Notes under the pieces: generated by a model | Told to the model about the DNA's origin: nothing | Databases searched by the model: none | The model's input: only the letters and a program-made list of their open reading frames with translations | Source of the DNA: Gemmatales bacterium | GTDB lineage: Bacteria > Planctomycetota > Planctomycetia > Gemmatales > HRBIN36 | Length of the DNA: 58,928 nt | NCBI GenBank assembly: GCA_025055835.1 | Contig: JANWWR010000107.1 | Location: forward strand, 1 to 58,928 | Direction: 5' to 3' | Program-made: the position numbers and the translations under genes | Part shown: piece after piece, positions 26,799-35,204 of the stretch | How positions within the stretch are numbered: the stretch's first letter is position 1 | Layout: each line of letters begins with the position of its first letter

Positions 26799-28151
26799 AT
26801 GGAAAGGCAGGAAAGAATGTTGCGCGAACGGGCAGGAAGTTTCTCACGGCGCCGGTCGTCAGCCCGGATTCAATGTCGTCCGAGTTTGGAAATCCTCGAA
26901 GATCGCACTGTTCCCTCGGCCCTGGGGATCACTGAAAAGGCCTTGCAGAATGTTGCGCTTTCCGACTGCGGCTGCCAATCCCGAGCCATCGTACCGCGGA
27001 TCATCAACGGCACCCCGACCAATGGAGATTTCCCGGCTGTGGGCATGGTCGGCGGACCGCAGGGCTTCGGCTGCACCGGCACGTTGATTGCGCCGAACTG
27101 GGTTCTGACCGCCGCTCATTGTATGGAAGGCATCGGGCCAACCAGGGCGATTGTCCGGATCAATAACGTGGATTACCGCTCGGTCCGTGTTCTGATCCAT
27201 CCCCGCACGGATCTTTCGCCCAGCGTCTTCGGTACCGACCCGGCCAACGACATCGCCTTAATCCAGCTGGCGGAGTCAGTCTCGGGGGTGACGCCCATCT
27301 CGATCTACCGGGATGCACCCCTGGTCGGGCAGCCGGTCACGATTGTCGGCTACGGAGCCGGCGGCGGACCGGGCGGGGCAGTGGGCGGGTACGGGGTCAA
27401 ACGCTCCGGAATCACGACCCTGGACTTCGTCACCACGCGCATTGTCGGCTGGGACTTCGACTACCCGGATGAAGCCAACTCTGCGGCCGGAGATTCCGGC
27501 GGACCTGTTCTTATCGAAGAGGACGGCGTGTACTACGTCGCCGGCATTATCTCTGGGGGAGACCGGACAGACGGCAGCCTCGGCGACCGTGGCTACAACA
27601 CCCGCGTGGATGCGTACCAACAATGGATCGACACCATGATGTTCGGCGACCTGGCCAACGACGATGACCACGGCGACGGCTTCAATAATCCGACCCCCGT
27701 CGGCATCGGCAGCACGACCTTCGGCACGCTGGAAAATGCCAACGACTTCGATTTCTTCGTGTTCACCGCCTCGAGCCGAGGCACGGTCCGGGTCATCCTT
27801 CGCAGTCTGGATACGCTCGATCCCTTCCTCACCATCTACAACGCCAAAGGCAAACGGACTCGGTTCAACGACGACGACCCCGGCAAGCCTTTCCGCAGCG
27901 TGGTCGAATTCAACGTCAAGCGTGGCGAGACGTTTTACGTCGTTGCTTCCGGCTACGAGGGAAGCACCGGCAATTACCGTCTGCGGATCAAGGGGCCTGT
28001 CAGCGCGGCTTCCCGGTCCGCGCCTCCGGTCTGGTCCGACTTCGGCGACAAGGATCCGCGTTTCGCCCTGTGGCTGACGGAGAATCGCAAGTCGGCTCGC
28101 ATCGCCGACAGACTCCTGTCCTCTCTGGGCGGCTCCTCGGCGACGTCCTGA
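26799..28151 (+). CDS. S1 (trypsin-like) serine protease with a planctomycete extracellular N-terminal motif and a C-terminal PPC-like domain
   Basis: PSLEILEDRTVPS; CTGTLI; LTAAHC; NDIAL; GDSGGP; C-terminal DFDFFVF and LDPFLTIY---G------NDD. Confidence 0.9.
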   Translation: MERQERMLRERAGSFSRRRSSARIQCRPSLEILEDRTVPSALGITEKALQNVALSDCGCQSRAIVPRIINGTPTNGDFPAVGMVGGPQGFGCTGTLIAPNWVLTAAHCMEGIGPTRAIVRINNVDYRSVRVLIHPRTDLSPSVFGTDPANDIALIQLAESVSGVTPISIYRDAPLVGQPVTIVGYGAGGGPGGAVGGYGVKRSGITTLDFVTTRIVGWDFDYPDEANSAAGDSGGPVLIEEDGVYYVAGIISGGDRTDGSLGDRGYNTRVDAYQQWIDTMMFGDLANDDDHGDGFNNPTPVGIGSTTFGTLENANDFDFFVFTASSRGTVRVILRSLDTLDPFLTIYNAKGKRTRFNDDDPGKPFRSVVEFNVKRGETFYVVASGYEGSTGNYRLRIKGPVSAASRSAPPVWSDFGDKDPRFALWLTENRKSARIADRLLSSLGGSSATS

Positions 28152-28227
28152 TTCCCGTCTCTGGTCAATGCGGCCATGCCGGGTACAATGGGGTGTATAA
28201 CGATGTTATTCGCAGGGGAGAAGCGGC

Positions 28228-29223
28228 ATGGCGCGAAGGACAATGGCACGGTCGCTGGGAGGGCTCATCCTTGGCGCGGCGCTTCTGGCTCTGGCTTCGG
28301 GCTGTGGAGCCGCCGTCGATCCCTGGGGGCCGAAGACCGGCAAGAAACGAGTCGTCGCCAGCATCGTCCCGCTGCATTGCTTCGCCGCCCTGGTGGCCGG
28401 GGAGGATGCCGACGTCCGCTGTCTTCTGGCGACAAAAGGTCCGCATGACTTTCAACCCAGCGCGCACGACGCTCGGCTGGTTGCTGGCGCCGACTTGTTC
28501 ATCATCAACGGGCTGGGGCTGGAGGAGTTTCTGGAGAGTCTGATCCGCTCGGCCGGGAATCGCCGTCTCAAGGTGGTCAAGACCGGCGACCGCATTCCCC
28601 TGTCTTTGCTCAAGCAATCCGACGGCACGCCCCACTATCACGGTGACAAGCTGGTGACGCACAAGGGCACTGATCCCCACGTCTGGCTCGGCGTCCCCCA
28701 GGCCATTTGCCAGGTTGAAGCCATCCGCGACGCGTTGTGCGAACTCGATCCCCAGCACGCCGAAGGCTACCAGCAAAGGGCCTCGGCCCTGATCGAACGG
28801 CTCAGGAAGGTGCAGGAAGAGAACAAGGACTTTCCCCCGCTGGGCGGTGGTTTGGTAACATTTCACAATTCCTTTCAGTACTTCGGGGAATCGTTCGGCA
28901 TTCCGATCGCCGGAGCCATTCGCGGACTGCGGGGCGAACTGATCAGCGAGGCCGAATTGATCCAACAGGCCCGCGAATTCCGTATGAAAGGGGTCAAGCT
29001 GATCGGCGTCGAGCCGCAGTATCCGAAACAGGTGGCGGAGAACCTGGCCCGCTCCATGGGCGGCGGGGTGCAGGTGATTGAATTGGACCCGATTGAAACC
29101 GGTCCACAAACATCGGACCGTGAATTCTACGTGGATCCCGAATGGTACTTCCGAAGGCTGCAACAGAACCTGGACAACATCCGACAGGCGGCGGCCAGAC
29201 TGACGGCCGAAGCCTCCCCCTGA
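28228..29223 (+). CDS. Cluster A-I metal ABC substrate-binding lipoprotein (ZnuA/AdcA-like)
   Basis: Lipobox ASGC; GPHDFQ, DPHVW, FHNSFQYF, LDPIE. Confidence 0.88.
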   Translation: MARRTMARSLGGLILGAALLALASGCGAAVDPWGPKTGKKRVVASIVPLHCFAALVAGEDADVRCLLATKGPHDFQPSAHDARLVAGADLFIINGLGLEEFLESLIRSAGNRRLKVVKTGDRIPLSLLKQSDGTPHYHGDKLVTHKGTDPHVWLGVPQAICQVEAIRDALCELDPQHAEGYQQRASALIERLRKVQEENKDFPPLGGGLVTFHNSFQYFGESFGIPIAGAIRGLRGELISEAELIQQAREFRMKGVKLIGVEPQYPKQVAENLARSMGGGVQVIELDPIETGPQTSDREFYVDPEWYFRRLQQNLDNIRQAAARLTAEASP

Positions 29224-29951
29224 TCCGTCTGGAGGATGTGCGCGTCACCCTCGGCGGCGTGGCGATCCTGCGCGGTGTCACCGCCGAGGTCCAGCGCGGA
29301 CAAATCACCGCCCTGATCGGCCTCAATGGTTCCGGGAAAACGACCCTGCTGCGGGCCATTCTCAAAGAAGTGCCGTACACGGGCCGGATCACATTCCACT
29401 GCGGCCACGATCACAGCCGGCCGACGCCGCAGCACATCGGCTACGTCCCTCAGCGGCTGCTCTTCGATCCGAATCTGCCCCTGACCGTGGTGGAACTGAT
29501 GACGCTGGCCCTGGAACGGCGTCCGCTGTTTCTTGGCATTCGGCGACGCACTCGGGAGCGCATTCTGGAACTGCTGCGGCCAGTCAAGGCGGAACACCTG
29601 ATCGACCAGTCCGTGGGGGCATTGTCTGGCGGCGAGTTGCAGCGGGTCCTATTAGCGATGGCTCTGGAGCCTGATCCCGAACTGCTGCTGCTCGACGAAC
29701 CGGCAGCGGGCATCGACTTCCACTCGGAAAACGAGTTTTACGGACTCATCGACCAGATCAATCGGACCCGCAACGTCACCGTGGTTCTAGTTTCCCACGA
29801 ACTCAGCATGGTTTCCCGGTTCGCCCATCATGTCCTGTGTCTCAAGGATGGTCGCATCACCTGTCAGGGAACGCCGCAGATGCTGACCGCAGACAAGCTG
29901 GCCGAGGTCTTCGGGCAATTCAAAGGCGTGTACGAACATCACCGCCACTAG
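29142..29951 (+). CDS. Metal ABC transporter ATP-binding protein (ZnuC-like); start uncertain
   Basis: GLNGSGKT, GYVPQ, LSGGELQRVLLA, LLLLDEP, VSHEL. The only ATG (29142) overlaps the SBP gene by about 80 nt; CTG 29220 or GTG 29238 are alternatives. Confidence 0.88.
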   Translation: MVLPKAATEPGQHPTGGGQTDGRSLPLIRLEDVRVTLGGVAILRGVTAEVQRGQITALIGLNGSGKTTLLRAILKEVPYTGRITFHCGHDHSRPTPQHIGYVPQRLLFDPNLPLTVVELMTLALERRPLFLGIRRRTRERILELLRPVKAEHLIDQSVGALSGGELQRVLLAMALEPDPELLLLDEPAAGIDFHSENEFYGLIDQINRTRNVTVVLVSHELSMVSRFAHHVLCLKDGRITCQGTPQMLTADKLAEVFGQFKGVYEHHRH

Positions 29952-29958
29952 ACACCAC

Positions 29959-30122
29959 GGCGAGCGGAGGGCGTCATCACTAAGGCGAGCGGAGGGCGTT
30001 AGCCCTCCGGTGCACGGAGCGGAGGGCGTCATTATTAGGGCGAGCGGAGGGCGTTAGCCCTCCGGTGCATGGATCGAAGGGCGTCATCACTAGGGCGAGC
30101 GGAGGGCGTCAGCCCTCCGGTC
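29959..30122 (+). repeat. Three tandem 55-bp units, each a half plus a full REP-like palindrome (family A; BIME-like cluster)
   Basis: Full CGAGCGGAGGGCGT(T/C)AGCCCTCCGG copies at 29986, 30041 and 30096 (exact 55-nt period), each preceded by a half copy GAGCGGAGGGCGTCAT(C/T)A(C/T)TA. Confidence 0.9.
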
Positions 30123-30127
30123 CCCCT

Positions 30128-31253
30128 TCATCGCGTTGCCACCGCAGTCTGTTCACCCTTTTGCGCCTTCTGCCGCAGGTAGGCCTCGATGAACATGTCA
30201 ATGTCCCCATCGAGCACCTTATAGACCTGCGGCGTCTCGACGCCGGTTCGCTGGTCCTTGGCAAGCGTGTAGGGCTGAAGAACGTAGTTGCGGATCTGAT
30301 AGCCCCAGGCGACTTCGCCCTTGGCATCGTACTGCTGCTCGACTTCAGCCCGTCGTTTCTGCTCTTCGAGGCGGTAAAGTTTGGAACGCAACAGCGACCA
30401 GCAGATTTCCTCGTTTTTGTGCTGGCTGCGTTCGCTGCGGCTCTCGGCGACGATGCCGGTCGGCTTGTGAATGAGCCGCACGCCGCTCTGCGTCTTGTTC
30501 TGGTGCTGTCCGCCGGGTCCGCCGGAGCAGAACGTCTGCCGTTCGACGTCTTCGCGGCGAATCTCGATCTCGATGGCGTCGTCGAGTTCGGGCAACACGT
30601 CCACGGCGGCAAAGGAGGTCTGTCGCTTAGCGTTGGCGTCGAAGGGGCTGATCCGCACCAGCCGATGCACGCCGGTCTCGCCCTGGAGTTTGCCGTAGGC
30701 GTAGTCGCCGACGATGCGGAGCGTGGCATTGCGAATGCCCGCTTCCTCGTTCGGAAGGATGTCCACGAGTTCGACGCCGTAGCCGTGATGCTCCGCCCAG
30801 CGCGAGTACATCCGCAAAAGCATCTGGGCCCAGTCGCAGGCATCCGTTCCGCCGGTCCCGGCTTGAATCCGCACCAAGGCGTTGCTGATGTCATGCGGAC
30901 CGCTGAGCATCGAGCGCAGTTCAAACTCGTTGAGCCGCTCTTCGACTTTGGTCAGTTCCCGTTCCCATTCCTCTTCCAGGGCCGGGTCTTCGTCGGCCAG
31001 TTCGGCGAAGGTACGCAGGTCATCCGCCGCCGATTCCAGTTCGGAGTACGGCTTCAGCAGGGCCGACAACGGCTTAAGACGCTCAATAGTCTGCTTGGCC
31101 TTTTCAGGATTGTCCCAGAAGCCGGGACTGGCCATGCGCTGTTCAAGCTCGCTCTTGAGACGGAGTTTGCCGGGGATGTCAAAGACTGTCCCGCAGTTGG
31201 GTGAGACGGGAACACACCTCGTCGGTGCGTCGGCGCAGTTCGGGATTGATCAT
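30128..31253 (-). CDS. prfB: Peptide chain release factor 2 with a programmed +1 frameshift
   Basis: AAGGAG SD and ATG 31253: MINPELRRRTDEVCSRLTQLRDSL, then CTT TGA C (31184-31178); the +1 frame continues DIPGK...MASPGFWD. GGQ (GGPGGQHQNKT) and GVHRLVRISPF motifs present. Confidence 0.96.
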
Positions 31254-31452
31254 GCTTTCTCCTTGCGATCGGTTTCCTGACCCGTTGAATTATACGTCGC
31301 CTTCTTCGCTCCGCCTATGCGGGCTGGAACTCGCTGAAAAACTGCCTTGGCCAGACCCTCTTGCCTTGCCGACAAGCTCGCCTTGTTCGTCCGTAGCCCG
31401 GTCTGCTACCATTTCCCGTCTCATGGACGACGTGCGGGAGAAGGACGTTCCC

Positions 31453-34128
31453 ATGCGGGCGGCGGTTCTGGCTCACAACGCCTGTGAAGGCGATGCCATC
31501 GGCAACCGGCTGGCGGCCAAGGTCCGCTTCCTGCTTCAGCGCGGTTGGCAAATACGCGTCTTCCTGGAAACCACCGAGCGGCTCCATTCCGATCTGGCCC
31601 CGTTCATTGTGCAGATCACGGCCGGTGCGCTTCGGGAATCCGAGGAGTACTTCCGCTGGCTGTGCGAGAGCGATCTGGTCCTCGTCGAGTTCGGCGTCTC
31701 CTTCGGTCTCCTGCATCTGCTTCCCCTGTTGCCCAAGCCGGGGCCGCGCATCCTCGCCGAGTACCACGGCGTCACGCCGCCGCTCCTGTGGCCGATTCAT
31801 CAACGCTGGCGCTGGGAAATGTCCCTTCGGGACCGCGATCTGCTCCGCTGGGCCGACCGAATCACCGTCCTGAGCGATTTCGCTGCTCGGGAGTTGCAGG
31901 AAGCCTTGCACCTGTCCCGGGAACGGATCCGCGTGGTGCCGGGCTTCGTCGAGCCGGAGATCGGAACGACATGCCCGTCCGAGTTACGTCGCCGATGGAG
32001 GCTTGAAGGGTCCAGCGTTCTGCTGTTCGTTGGCCGACTCGCTCCCAACAAGCGACCGACCGTTGTGGTTGAGACCGTTCACCGCCTTCGACATCGGATC
32101 CCGACGGTTCACGCGGTTTTCCTCGGTCCCAAGGACGACATCTACGCCGAGGAAGCCGAAAAGTGCCGGGTGCTTGCTGAGTCGTTGGGCATCCGGGACC
32201 GGATTCACTTGGTTGGCTGGGTTTCGCAGAAAGAGTTGGACGCCTGGTACCAAGCCGCCGATGTCCTGGTGGTCCCGTCCGTCCATGAGGGCTTTTGCCT
32301 GCCGGTCGTCGAGGCGATGGCTCGCGGTCTCCCCGTGGTGGCGGCCCGAGCGGCAGCTTTGCCCGAGACAGTTGGCAGCGCGGGGCTGACCTTCGAGCCG
32401 GACGACGTGGCCGATCTGGTCCGCCAACTTGAACGTGTCCTGGCAAGTCAGCAACCCGCAAGCGGTCAGGACCGGGGCAAATTGGCCATCGTCATGCCCC
32501 GTTTCGGCCCGGGCTTCGTCGGGGGTGCGGAACGCTCCCTGACCCGCATCGCCCAGACGCTATCGGCACACGGCTGGCAGGTCGAGATTTTCACCACGGA
32601 TGCCGCGGATGAAGCCGGACATCGGTCCGCTCAAAAGCCTGGCTCCCGCCGGGAGAGCGGTTTTCTGGTTCATCGTTATCCCATTGAGCCGGGCAATCCT
32701 GAAAAGCTGCGGAGCGTCTTGCGAGAAACCGAACCGTCCGGGAAGCCAGAATCCGATCTGTCCGCCGTCTTGCGCTTCCTTCCTCGCAGTGCAAAGCTGG
32801 TTGACGATCTGGAGCTGCGACTGGCCGAATTCGATGCCGTGTTCGTCGGCCCGTATTCCCATGGCCTGACGTGGCAGATCGCCGCTCGGATGCTGAACCG
32901 GACGATCCTCGTCCCGTGCTTCCACAACGAACCACTGGCTCGGCATCCGGCCTGGTTGCGTCTGTGCCGCAACGTCTCCGCTCTGCTCTACCATTCGCCG
33001 GAGGAACGTCGTTTTGCTGAAACCGCGCTCGGCATCAACCACCCGATCTCGGACGTCATCGGCACCTGGCTCGAGCCGCCCCGCGGCGATGCCAGGCGGG
33101 GACGAGAGCGGATCGGCCACCGGTACGTCCTCTACTGCGGTCGCTGCATTGCGGAAAAAGGCTTTCCTCAGCTGCTCGAATGGATGAAACGTTTCCACCG
33201 GGAGAACGACGCCACCCCGAAACTCGTCGTGCTGGGCTGCCGGGACGGCAAACTGCCCGCTGAGCCGTGGTTGGTCGATCTCGGCTTTGTGGGCGAAACC
33301 GAAAAGGCCGATCTGCTGGCCGGGGCTGAGGCCCTCCTACTTTTGTCGGGCAATGAATCGCTCTCCCTGGTTGTGTTGGAAGCGTGGAACGAGGGCACGC
33401 CGGTCATCGTCTCCTCGGAGTCCGAAGTTCTTGTCGGACAGGTTGGTCGGAGTAACGGCGGCATCGCCGTCGCCCACTACGACCAGTTCGCGGCAGCGTT
33501 GCTCAGCCTGCAATCGGAAGCAGAGAAATGGCGACAACGGGGCGCGGCTGGTCGGCACTACGTCGAGCAGAATTATCGCTGTGCTGAGACGTTTGCTCGC
33601 CGAATCGAGACCGTGCTGGAAAATCGCCGCCAACCGCTTCGGGAAGTGCTGGCCGAAGCCGGTCGCCGACGTGCTGCCGAGTTCTCCCTGGAACGATGGG
33701 AACAGCGCTTCGCCGCCGTGGTCGAAGAGGTCTTGGCGTGTCCTGCCCAAGTCCAGCCGGCAGGCCCGACAAAGAACGAGAAGCTCCTTTGCCGACTAGC
33801 TGAGCTGCACCGCTTGCAGACCTTGCCGGACGATTATCTGGACATCACCCACGGTCCGCTGGCCGAGTGGAAGAAGCGGATCAAACGCAAATTGCTTCAC
33901 AATTTCCGCACCGCCTATGTGGACGTGCTTTCTCGACAGCAGTCGCGGTTCAACACCGTGCTTGTGGAGATCCTCACGGAACTGATTGCAAAGCAGGTCA
34001 GGCCTTCGGAGTCCGACTCGAACCTTTCCGAAGAAGTGAAACACCTTGCCGAGGCAATGCGTCGGCTGCGGCGGCGTCTGGCCCGGTTGGAAAAGCAAGT
34101 GCAAATGCTGGCTCGGAGCTGGTCATGA
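31453..34128 (+). CDS. Tandem GT-B (GT4-like) glycosyltransferase with a C-terminal coiled coil
   Basis: Domain 1: FVGRLAPNK and SVHEGFCLPVVEAM; domain 2: YCGRCIAEKG and SGNESLSLVVLEAW; C-terminal helical tail. Start ATG 31453 with a GAAGGA SD. Confidence 0.85.
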   Translation: MRAAVLAHNACEGDAIGNRLAAKVRFLLQRGWQIRVFLETTERLHSDLAPFIVQITAGALRESEEYFRWLCESDLVLVEFGVSFGLLHLLPLLPKPGPRILAEYHGVTPPLLWPIHQRWRWEMSLRDRDLLRWADRITVLSDFAARELQEALHLSRERIRVVPGFVEPEIGTTCPSELRRRWRLEGSSVLLFVGRLAPNKRPTVVVETVHRLRHRIPTVHAVFLGPKDDIYAEEAEKCRVLAESLGIRDRIHLVGWVSQKELDAWYQAADVLVVPSVHEGFCLPVVEAMARGLPVVAARAAALPETVGSAGLTFEPDDVADLVRQLERVLASQQPASGQDRGKLAIVMPRFGPGFVGGAERSLTRIAQTLSAHGWQVEIFTTDAADEAGHRSAQKPGSRRESGFLVHRYPIEPGNPEKLRSVLRETEPSGKPESDLSAVLRFLPRSAKLVDDLELRLAEFDAVFVGPYSHGLTWQIAARMLNRTILVPCFHNEPLARHPAWLRLCRNVSALLYHSPEERRFAETALGINHPISDVIGTWLEPPRGDARRGRERIGHRYVLYCGRCIAEKGFPQLLEWMKRFHRENDATPKLVVLGCRDGKLPAEPWLVDLGFVGETEKADLLAGAEALLLLSGNESLSLVVLEAWNEGTPVIVSSESEVLVGQVGRSNGGIAVAHYDQFAAALLSLQSEAEKWRQRGAAGRHYVEQNYRCAETFARRIETVLENRRQPLREVLAEAGRRRAAEFSLERWEQRFAAVVEEVLACPAQVQPAGPTKNEKLLCRLAELHRLQTLPDDYLDITHGPLAEWKKRIKRKLLHNFRTAYVDVLSRQQSRFNTVLVEILTELIAKQVRPSESDSNLSEEVKHLAEAMRRLRRRLARLEKQVQMLARSWS

Positions 34129-35087
34129 AATGCCTGGTCACGGGGGCCGCTGGATTCATCGGATCGCATCTGTGCGAACGCCTGATCGCCGAGGGACACC
34201 AGGTCGTCGGCCTGGATGCCTTCGTGCCGTATTATCCCCGTCCGATCAAGGAACGCAATCTGGAAGCGCTTCGTAGCCAGGCACGGTTCACATTTCGCCT
34301 TTGCGATCTGCGTCGGGACCCGCTCGACGATCTGGTGCGAGACGTAGAAGTGGTCTTCCATCTGGCCGCCATGCCCGGCCTGGCTCAGAGTTGGACCGAT
34401 TTTGACGGCTATTGGACCTGCAATGTGCTGGCCACGCAAAGGCTGCTCGAAGCGGTTCGCAAGGCCGAGCGGTTGCAGCGATTCATTCACGTCTCCACCT
34501 CATCCGTGTACGGCAAATACGCCTCGGGAGATGAGTCGCTGCCGCTCAAGCCGATCTCGCCTTACGGCGTGACCAAGCTGGCGGCGGAGCATCTGTGCCG
34601 CAGTCATGCCGAGGCCTTCGGTCTGCCGTTGGTCGTGCTTCGGTATTTCTCCGTGTATGGTCCTCGGCAGCGGCCTGACATGGCCTATCACCGTTTCATT
34701 CGGTCGTTGCTGCGGAACGAGCCGCTCGTGGTGTACGGCGATGGTTTCCAGGTGCGCGGAAACACCTACGTGGCCGATTGCGTGGAAGCGACCGTGGCAG
34801 CCATGAAGGCGATTCCGGGAGAGACGTTCAACATTGGCGGCGAGGAAACGGCCACGGTCTGGGACATTATTCGTAAGCTGGAGACCCTCGCGGGACGCCA
34901 GGCCTTGATCCGTCAGGAACCGGCTCGCCCAGGCGACCAGCGTTACACGTTTGCCGACACGTCGCACCTGCGCCGCCATCTCGGTTGGCAGCCCCGAACG
35001 TCGCTCGACGAGGGCCTGGCCAGACAGTTCCAATGGCAGAAAGCCGAATTGGACACGGGTCATTTCTCCCAACGCGAAGCTGCATGA
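34125..35087 (+). CDS. NAD-dependent nucleotide-sugar epimerase (extended SDR; UDP-glucuronate 4-epimerase-like)
   Basis: TGAAGFIGSHL, STSSVYG, YGVTK, YFSVYGPRQRPDMA; ATGA overlap with the GT stop. Confidence 0.9.
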   Translation: MKCLVTGAAGFIGSHLCERLIAEGHQVVGLDAFVPYYPRPIKERNLEALRSQARFTFRLCDLRRDPLDDLVRDVEVVFHLAAMPGLAQSWTDFDGYWTCNVLATQRLLEAVRKAERLQRFIHVSTSSVYGKYASGDESLPLKPISPYGVTKLAAEHLCRSHAEAFGLPLVVLRYFSVYGPRQRPDMAYHRFIRSLLRNEPLVVYGDGFQVRGNTYVADCVEATVAAMKAIPGETFNIGGEETATVWDIIRKLETLAGRQALIRQEPARPGDQRYTFADTSHLRRHLGWQPRTSLDEGLARQFQWQKAELDTGHFSQREAA

Positions 35088-35204
35088 CCGCTGGCTGATT
35101 GTCGTCGCTTGTTGGTTGTCGTGGCTATACTGTCCCAACGGCACCGTCTGGGCCAGACGGGGTTTATGAATCCGGGAGGTATCAGAGTATCGAGGGCCAC
35201 GACG

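Noticed and set aside
29959-30122. Regularly spaced repeats as a mini-CRISPR array
   Set aside because: The intervening sequences are themselves repeated half-copies rather than unique spacers, there are no cas genes, and the same unit occurs singly elsewhere. This fits REP/BIME.
30128-31135. prfB as an N-terminally truncated gene or pseudogene
   Set aside because: Explained by the canonical CTT TGA C programmed +1 frameshift, with an upstream SD-led ATG at 31253.
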